Source: Bdellovibrionales bacterium
Lineage (GTDB): Bacteria > Bdellovibrionota > Bdellovibrionia > Bdellovibrionales > UBA1609
DNA length: 64,000 nucleotides
Direction: 5' to 3'
Assembly (NCBI GenBank): GCA_015163875.1
Contig: JAAOIH010000002.1
Span: forward strand, 17,574 to 81,573
This document shows positions 57,405 through 64,000 of this stretch, piece by piece. Each line of letters starts with the position of its first letter. The stretch's first letter is position 1. The notes below the pieces were generated by a model that saw nothing but the letters and a program-made list of their open reading frames with translations, did no database searches and was not told where the DNA came from. The position numbers and the translations under genes are program-made.

Positions 57405-59261
57405 TTAAGTTATTTGTTTTTCTTTTAAAAAATCATCCATACAAATTGCAGGTATTTCTAAATCTTCTGCAAGGTCTGAAACCCAGTCTCTAACAGATTT
57501 TCCATCAGAGGAATTCCACATACCTATTATTACTTTTTTAAATTCATATTGTTTTTGCAAAGTATGCAAGCCTTCAGATAAAGTACCTGGCAAAACTTTA
57601 ACTGTTAATATTATATTTTGATTATACAATGGCGCAACTTGTTGTGAAACAATTCTTTGAATTTGTTCAAAAAAGAATCCCTCTTTATCTTTGCCTTCTT
57701 CTGCGTGAAAAATTACAAATTCAAAATCATTTTTTTCATATTTTAAAATATGTCTTAAGGCTCTGTTAATTAACCATTGGCCCCTAATGTTTCCGGTACA
57801 TAAAATATAATGAGGCAAGTTACTTGGAAGGTCTGATGTGTTTTTAAATTTTCCTAAGCCAAGTCGTAAATCATTTCGCCCCTCTAATCTACTTTCTAAT
57901 AATCCCCACCTGTAGTATGCCATTAATAAAAGAGTAAGGGCTAATAAAAATACTAACATTAATAAAACACTTGCGTGAGAGTGTACAAGTAAAGTAGTGC
58001 TTGCTGCAGCTAGCACCACTCCCGAAAATAAAGGAACTACTGGAATTTTTTTATCTTTAAAAACAAATAACAAACTAGATAAATATTTTTTTGGAGTGTC
58101 TTTTTTTAAAGGTTGATTTCTTAATAAAATTACTCCTATGCAAAAACTAACCATTACTCCTAAAAATGCAATTTCGTAAACTTTAGCTAATAGGCCAACT
58201 TCGCCTGCAACAAGTGCAGACATTGTTAATGCTATACCAGCAAACGGCATTGCAATAAGTGGGTAGCCTTTAATGCTTGGGTAAATGTGAGCAACTCTCC
58301 ACAAAAGTCTTTCTGGTAGATTTCCTTGTTTGGCCATTGTTTTTGCAAGCCCAATAAAGCCTACAAAAGCAGTATTAACTGCGGCATATAAAGTTAAAGT
58401 TGCGTCTACAACAATAATAGTTAGTAAAAATTTACCACCAAGCTTCATTGCAAGTCCTGACAAAAGGTAATTTAAATTATTTTGAATTTCTAAAGGGCTT
58501 AATAAAATTAAACATAAAAAAGAAATAGCTGGTGCTGTAAGACTTACTAAAACAATTACAGTTTTATATAATTTATGCACAGTTGTTAGGGTTGGAGTTT
58601 CTAGCTCTTCAACAATTTGGGCGGCTGATTCAAAACCTGTAATACCTAAAAATGCAGAGGCAAAACCATACATAAGAGTGCTAAAAGATAAGCTAATTGT
58701 AGGTTGTGTAAATCTTTGAAAACTAATTGTATCCCAATTACTAATTAAAAATCCACCTCCCCAAATAGCAATTACAATAAGTAATAAAAAATGTAACCCA
58801 GCAATAAGTGTTACAAGTTTTGCTGGCTCTTTTATTCCTTTTGTATTAAGAAGTCCAAACCCAACGATAGGAATAAAAGATAGCAAAACAATATGTGCAG
58901 AACTTAAGTCTGGAAATAAAGAAGATAAATAAAAACTACCAGCAAGTGCGCTTACTGCGGCGGTTGCAAGGTAGGAGACAAATGTTAAGGCTCCAGCAAA
59001 AACTGCCCCACGCCTGCCAACACTTCTTAAGATCATAGAATAAGCACCACCATTGTAGGGGCTCATTGCCAATCCCTCTTCGTAGGTTTTTTTAAATAAC
59101 CACATCATAAGACAGCATGTTAATACAAATAATGGAGCATAGTAGCCAACTATTGGAAAAAGTATTCCTGTTCCATAAAATATAGATGTGCCAATATCGG
59201 CACCAACTATGCCGGCTGCAATAACCCAATTTAACTCGTCTTGTGAATTTTTATTTGGCAT
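57405..59261 (-). CDS. APC-superfamily amino acid permease with C-terminal soluble (USP-like) domain
   Basis: GADIGTSIFY, NGGAYS, ITGFES, TMAKQG.LP; about 12 TM segments. Confidence 0.85.
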   Translation of the reverse strand: MPNKNSQDELNWVIAAGIVGADIGTSIFYGTGILFPIVGYYAPLFVLTCCLMMWLFKKTYEEGLAMSPYNGGAYSMILRSVGRRGAVFAGALTFVSYLATAAVSALAGSFYLSSLFPDLSSAHIVLLSFIPIVGFGLLNTKGIKEPAKLVTLIAGLHFLLLIVIAIWGGGFLISNWDTISFQRFTQPTISLSFSTLMYGFASAFLGITGFESAAQIVEELETPTLTTVHKLYKTVIVLVSLTAPAISFLCLILLSPLEIQNNLNYLLSGLAMKLGGKFLLTIIVVDATLTLYAAVNTAFVGFIGLAKTMAKQGNLPERLLWRVAHIYPSIKGYPLIAMPFAGIALTMSALVAGEVGLLAKVYEIAFLGVMVSFCIGVILLRNQPLKKDTPKKYLSSLLFVFKDKKIPVVPLFSGVVLAAASTTLLVHSHASVLLMLVFLLALTLLLMAYYRWGLLESRLEGRNDLRLGLGKFKNTSDLPSNLPHYILCTGNIRGQWLINRALRHILKYEKNDFEFVIFHAEEGKDKEGFFFEQIQRIVSQQVAPLYNQNIILTVKVLPGTLSEGLHTLQKQYEFKKVIIGMWNSSDGKSVRDWVSDLAEDLEIPAICMDDFLKEKQIT

Positions 59262-59326
59262 ACAAAAAAAACAGTCTTCATTTTTTAACTTGTTGTCAAG
59301 ACCAAAAGCCTTTATACATATTAGTT

Positions 59327-59806
59327 ATGCGATATTGGTTAATGAAGTCAGAGCCATCTAGTTATTCTCTAGATAAATTAAAAAAAGATAAAAAAACTAT
59401 GTGGGACGGCGTTCGCAATTATCAAGCTCGCAACTACATGATAAAAGATATGAAAAAAGGCGATGGAGTTTTATTTTACCACTCCAATGCTAAGCCATCA
59501 GCAGTTGTCGGACTTGCTAAAATTTCAAAAAACGCAGTTCCAGACATTACATCTTTTGACAAAAAATCTGTATATTATGACCCTAAATCTACGCCAGAAA
59601 ATCCAAGATGGCATTGCGTTGAGGTAGAATACATTGCACACTTTAATAAATACTTACCTTTGGCTGAATTAAAACTTTTAAAAAGTTTAGACGGGCTAGC
59701 ATTGTTAAAAAAAGGAATGCGTTTATCAATACAGCCAGTTTTAAAAAAACATTTTAGAGTTTTATGTAAAAAAGGCGTGCTGGATAAAAACCCTTTTTTA
59801 AAGTAA
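59327..59806 (+). CDS. EVE domain protein
   Basis: YWLMKSEP, WDGVRNYQARN, FYHSN, YYDPKS, RLSIQPV; start placed at ATG 59327. Confidence 0.93.
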   Translation: MRYWLMKSEPSSYSLDKLKKDKKTMWDGVRNYQARNYMIKDMKKGDGVLFYHSNAKPSAVVGLAKISKNAVPDITSFDKKSVYYDPKSTPENPRWHCVEVEYIAHFNKYLPLAELKLLKSLDGLALLKKGMRLSIQPVLKKHFRVLCKKGVLDKNPFLK

Positions 59807-59846
59807 GATATTTTTTATAGTATTAATTTAATTACAAAAGGGCATC

Positions 59847-61256
59847 ATGAGTAACAAAGAAATCATAAAAGAAACTCGAATAGAAACCGACAGTTTGGGA
59901 GACATAAAAGTTCCAAAAGATAAATACTGGGGAGCTCAAACACAAAGGTCTATTGAAAATTTTAAAATTGGTACAGATAAATTTCCAAGAGAAATGATTC
60001 GTGCATTTGGTGTTTTAAAAAAATCTGCAGCCATGGCCAATGATAAATTAGGCTTATTAGATAACTCAAAATTAAAATTTATTGTTAAAGCCTCAGACGA
60101 AGTTATTAATGGAGACTGGGATGATCAATTTCCATTAGTGATTTGGCAAACAGGCAGCGGCACACAAACTAACATGAATGCAAACGAACTAATAGCCAAT
60201 CGTGCTAATTTTTTAAAAGATGGAAAAATAGATTCAAAAAGTATTCACCCAAATGATGATATAAATAAAGCACAGTCATCTAATGACACATTTCCAACAG
60301 CTATGAGAATTGCAATTGTTGAACAAGTTGAATCTAAACTTTTGCCATCTTTAAATAATTTAAAACTTGGATTACAAGAAAAGCAAAAAAAATTTAAAGA
60401 CATTATTAAAGTTGGAAGAACTCACTTAATGGACGCAACTCCATTAACTGTTGGTCAAGAGTTTTCAGCTTTTGTTTACCAGCTAGACCAAGTAGAAAAA
60501 AGTTTAAAACAAGTTTTGCCATTTGTAAAAGAATTAGCATTGGGAGGGACAGCGGTTGGAACTGGCTTAAACACTCATCCAGATTTTTCACAAATTGCTA
60601 TTGATTTTATTAATCAAGAAACAAAATTAAATTTTGTTAGCGGAGAAAATAAATTTGCATTACTAGCCTCTCACGATGCAGAAGTTGAACTAAGTGGAGT
60701 TTTAAAAAAATTAGCTTGTGCATTAATGAAATTAGCAAACGACATTCGATTGCTTGCTAGTGGACCACGATGCGGATTAGGTGAGTTACAATTACCAGCA
60801 AACGAGCCCGGAAGTTCTATTATGCCAGGAAAAGTAAACCCAACCCAGTGCGAGGCTTTAACTATGGTTTGTGCTCAGGTTATTGGAAATGATACAGCAA
60901 TTTCAATAGGCGGAGCTTCTGGAAATTTACAATTAAATGTTTTTAAACCAATGATTGTATTTAATTTATTAAATTCAATTCGGCTTTTATCAGATTCTAT
61001 GAAGAGTTTTCAGAGCAAATGTATTAATGGTCTAGATATTTGTGAGGATGTTGTTGAAGAGTATTTAAAAAAATCTTTGATGCTCGTAACTAGTTTAAAC
61101 CCCCATATTGGTTATGATAAAGCTGCAAGTATTGCAAAATTAGCCCATAAAAAAGGACTTACACTAAGGCAAGCAAGCATAGAATTGAAGTTTTTGTCTG
61201 GCGAAGAATTTGATAAAATTGTAGATCCTAAAAATATGATAAATCCTAAAAAATAA
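59847..61256 (+). CDS. fumC: Class II fumarate hydratase
   Basis: [42 protein letters not shown]. Confidence 0.97.
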   Translation: MSNKEIIKETRIETDSLGDIKVPKDKYWGAQTQRSIENFKIGTDKFPREMIRAFGVLKKSAAMANDKLGLLDNSKLKFIVKASDEVINGDWDDQFPLVIWQTGSGTQTNMNANELIANRANFLKDGKIDSKSIHPNDDINKAQSSNDTFPTAMRIAIVEQVESKLLPSLNNLKLGLQEKQKKFKDIIKVGRTHLMDATPLTVGQEFSAFVYQLDQVEKSLKQVLPFVKELALGGTAVGTGLNTHPDFSQIAIDFINQETKLNFVSGENKFALLASHDAEVELSGVLKKLACALMKLANDIRLLASGPRCGLGELQLPANEPGSSIMPGKVNPTQCEALTMVCAQVIGNDTAISIGGASGNLQLNVFKPMIVFNLLNSIRLLSDSMKSFQSKCINGLDICEDVVEEYLKKSLMLVTSLNPHIGYDKAASIAKLAHKKGLTLRQASIELKFLSGEEFDKIVDPKNMINPKK

Positions 61257-61341
61257 AAATAAAAAATTTCTTTGGACAAAGGTGATAAATTTTGTATGAT
61301 TATAAAAGAACCTAGTGTCTAGGCAAAACAAGGAGGCCAAC

Positions 61342-61782
61342 ATGGCAGTAAAAAAGAAGAAAAAGGTAACTAAAAAGAGAGTGGCAAAGAAAAAAACAAC
61401 TAAAAGAAAAGTAGCTAAAAAGAAAAAAGTTACTAAGAAAAAAGTAGTTAAAAAGAAAAAGAAAGTTGTTAAAAAGAAAAAGAAAGTTGTTAAAAAGAAA
61501 AAAAAGGTAGTTAAAAAGAAATCTAAAACTAAAAGAAAGCCTAACGCTGCTTTTATGAAAGCTATGACTCCTAGTGCTATTTTAGCAGCTATTGTTGGGT
61601 CAGCTCCTCTACCAAGAACACAAGTTGTTAAAAAAATGTGGATTTATATTAAAAAGTACGATCTACAAAACCCTAAAAACCGTCGTAACATTATTGCTGA
61701 TTCAAAGTTAAAGCCTTTGTTTAAAAAAGCAGAAGTTTCTATGTTCGACATGGCTAAAATTATTAACAAACATTTAAGCTAG
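61342..61782 (+). CDS. SWIB/MDM2-domain protein with a lysine-rich histone-H1-like N-terminus
   Basis: KKKKKVV repeats, then RKPNAAFMK, LPRTQVVKKMW.YIKK..LQ..NRRNI; AGGAGG precedes ATG 61342. Confidence 0.9.
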   Translation: MAVKKKKKVTKKRVAKKKTTKRKVAKKKKVTKKKVVKKKKKVVKKKKKVVKKKKKVVKKKSKTKRKPNAAFMKAMTPSAILAAIVGSAPLPRTQVVKKMWIYIKKYDLQNPKNRRNIIADSKLKPLFKKAEVSMFDMAKIINKHLS

Positions 61783-61787
61783 TTTTT

Positions 61788-62543
61788 ATGACTGTATCAC
61801 AAGCAAGTGATATTAAATCTATGGAAAAAGCTGGGCAATTAACTGCTCAGCTTTTGTTTTATCTAGAGGGCTATGTTAAGCCTGGAATCACTACTAACGA
61901 GCTAGATAAATTAGCTTACGATTATACTTTGTCAAAAGGCGCAACTCCTGCTCCATTAAATTATAATGGTTTTCCTAAATCAATATGTACTTCTGTTAAT
62001 GATTGTATTTGTCATGGAGTTCCAGACGAAACTATTTTAAAAGACGGCGACATTATTAATGTAGATGTAACATGTATTGTAAATGGATTTTTTGGAGACA
62101 GCTCTAAAACTTTTTTTGTAGGAAGCGTTAGTGAGTCTGCTAAAAAAATTACCAAGTGCGCATACGAGGCCATGAACAAAGGCATCGAGCAAATTTCTGG
62201 AACAAGCACAACAGGAGACATAGGTTTTGCAATTAATAAATTTGTAACACGCAATTCATATTTTGTAGTAAAAGACATAGGAGGCCACGGCATAGGAAGA
62301 AAGTTTCACGACGATCCATTTGTTCCATCATTTGGTAAAAAAGGAAAGGGAGTAAAACTAAAACCATGGACATGCATAACTGTAGAGCCAATGATAAACC
62401 AAACATCGGCTAAAATGAAAGAAGTAAAAATACCAAATTCCACAATTTTATACTATTTAACAGGAGACAAAACTTTATCAGCTCAATTTGAGCATACAGT
62501 ACTAATTACTGACACAGGTTACGAAATTTTAACAAAATTGTAG
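61788..62543 (+). CDS. map: Methionine aminopeptidase (type I)
   Basis: FPKSICTSVN..ICHG.P, DVT, GDSSKT, GHGIG..FHD, EPM, AQFEHT. Confidence 0.96.
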   Translation: MTVSQASDIKSMEKAGQLTAQLLFYLEGYVKPGITTNELDKLAYDYTLSKGATPAPLNYNGFPKSICTSVNDCICHGVPDETILKDGDIINVDVTCIVNGFFGDSSKTFFVGSVSESAKKITKCAYEAMNKGIEQISGTSTTGDIGFAINKFVTRNSYFVVKDIGGHGIGRKFHDDPFVPSFGKKGKGVKLKPWTCITVEPMINQTSAKMKEVKIPNSTILYYLTGDKTLSAQFEHTVLITDTGYEILTKL

Positions 62544-62631
62544 TTTTTTATTTTGCAAACCAAGGCAAAGCATACTAATATTTTTTACATAAAAGTTACA
62601 CATTAATTTAAATTATAATGTTTTTACAATT

Positions 62632-62691
62632 AATACCACAGTGAATAACACAGCTAATAACACAGCGAATAACACAGCGAATACAACGGAG
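62632..62691. repeat. 12-bp tandem repeat (AATAACACAGCG, 4-5 copies) in the ahcY leader
   Basis: Read directly. Confidence 0.85.
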
Positions 62692-62696
62692 CCACA

Positions 62697-64000
62697 ATGA
62701 ATAAAAAAACACCCTCTTATAATATGAAACACTCAGCTTTAGAAAAAGATTATAAAGTTTGTAAGCAAGCAATGAATGACAAAGCCGTTTTTGATAAACT
62801 TGCAAAATGGGGAAGAGAAGAAATCACTATTGCAGAATCAGAAATGCCAGGGCTTATGAGTTTAAGAAAACGATATTCTACTAGCAAACCTTTAGATGGT
62901 GCAAAAATTTCTGGATGTTTACACATGACAGTACAAACAGCAGTGCTTATGGAAACTTTAGTAGAGCTTGGTGCCGAATTAAGATGGAGCTCTTGTAATA
63001 TTTATTCCACACAAGATCACGCAGCTGTTGCTGTTGCACAAGCTGGTATTCCAGTTTTTGCATGGAAGGGCGAAACAGAAGAAGAATTTAATTGGTGCAT
63101 AGAGCAAACAATTACAGAGTGGGGAAGTGAAGGTTTTAATTTAATTTTAGACGACGGAGGAGATTTAACAAACATGATGCACGAAGATCGCTTTGCATCT
63201 ATGATGAAAAATATTATAGGGCTGTCAGAAGAAACTACAACTGGCGTTCATAATTTATATAAACTTCATAAAGAAAAAAAATTAAAATGTCCCGCCATTA
63301 ATGTAAACGACTCTGTTACAAAATCAAAATTTGATAATTTATATGGTTGTAGAGAATCTTTAGCAGATGGAATTAAAAGAGCAACAGATGTTATGCTTGC
63401 AGGAAAGTTAATTGTTATTGCGGGATACGGCGATGTAGGAAAGGGTTGCGCAAATTCTATGCGTAGTTACGGGGCAAGAGTAGTTGTTACAGAAATTGAT
63501 CCAATTTGTGCATTGCAAGCATCAATGGAGGGTTTTGAAGTTACAACAATGGAAGAAGTTGCAAACAGAGCAGATATTTTTGTTACAACAACTGGGTGTT
63601 GCGACATTATTACATCTAAACATTTTGAAGCAATGAAATCTGGAAGCATTGTTTGCAACATTGGACACTTTGATATCGAAATTGATATGGAGTGGTTAAA
63701 TAACAACACAGAAATGCGCGAAATTAAACCTCAAGTAGATATTCATAAATTTAAAAATGGAAAAGAAATTATTGTTCTTGCTAAGGGAAGATTAGTTAAC
63801 TTAGGTTGTGCAACAGGGCACCCCTCATTTGTAATGAGCAACTCTTTTACAAATCAAGTTTTAGCACAACTGGAATTATGGGAAAACAAAAATACAGATA
63901 AATATAAAGTTGCAGTTTACACATTGCCTAAAACTTTAGACGAAGAAGTTGCGTCACTGCACTTAGGCAAAGTTGGAGCTAAATTAAGTATATTAAATGA
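62697..64000 (+). CDS. ahcY: Adenosylhomocysteinase, 3' end beyond the window (missing from the ORF track)
   Basis: Own translation: [73 protein letters not shown]; start ATG 62697 or 62724. Confidence 0.97.
   Translation, partial: MNKKTPSYNMKHSALEKDYKVCKQAMNDKAVFDKLAKWGREEITIAESEMPGLMSLRKRYSTSKPLDGAKISGCLHMTVQTAVLMETLVELGAELRWSSCNIYSTQDHAAVAVAQAGIPVFAWKGETEEEFNWCIEQTITEWGSEGFNLILDDGGDLTNMMHEDRFASMMKNIIGLSEETTTGVHNLYKLHKEKKLKCPAINVNDSVTKSKFDNLYGCRESLADGIKRATDVMLAGKLIVIAGYGDVGKGCANSMRSYGARVVVTEIDPICALQASMEGFEVTTMEEVANRADIFVTTTGCCDIITSKHFEAMKSGSIVCNIGHFDIEIDMEWLNNNTEMREIKPQVDIHKFKNGKEIIVLAKGRLVNLGCATGHPSFVMSNSFTNQVLAQLELWENKNTDKYKVAVYTLPKTLDEEVASLHLGKVGAKLSILN

Noticed and set aside
62680-62700. 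SAH riboswitch upstream of ahcY
   Set aside because: CAACGGAGCCAC resembles the 3' end of the motif, but the GAGGAGCG and CCAGGCUC elements and pairing stems are absent.

Overview
Very AT-rich bacterial chromosomal DNA (GC judged by eye, not computed). The gene content points to Bdellovibrionota: a Tad/Flp locus with a CpaE-CpaF fusion, bacterial topoisomerase VI, a SWIB protein, system II cytochrome c maturation and cysteine-patterned secreted orphans. Most of the window is housekeeping (ychF, pth, rplY, prs, rph, groESL, proS, pyrF, fumC, map, partial ahcY). I found no rRNA, tRNA, CRISPR array, integrase or transposase. The most unusual signal is a family of GC-rich REP-like hairpins (arm TTTGAGGGTCAGGTACAC; 49-bp palindrome) found only at five accessory-gene boundaries. 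Near-identical direct-repeat copies of it bracket two gene cassettes: a thermolysin/M36-like peptidase gene (112-bp repeats) and a BrnT/BrnA-like toxin-antitoxin pair (about 86-bp repeats). A 15-bp half-site repeat brackets the whole 4.5-kb island. This suggests a hairpin-targeted cassette capture/excision system whose recombinase lies outside the window (inference). Other oddities are a perfect (TTG)21 tract upstream of a foreign lipoprotein gene, large palindromes over start codons, intergenic spacers made of short tandem duplications anchored on stop or start codons, and a degenerate NtrY/NtrX pair.
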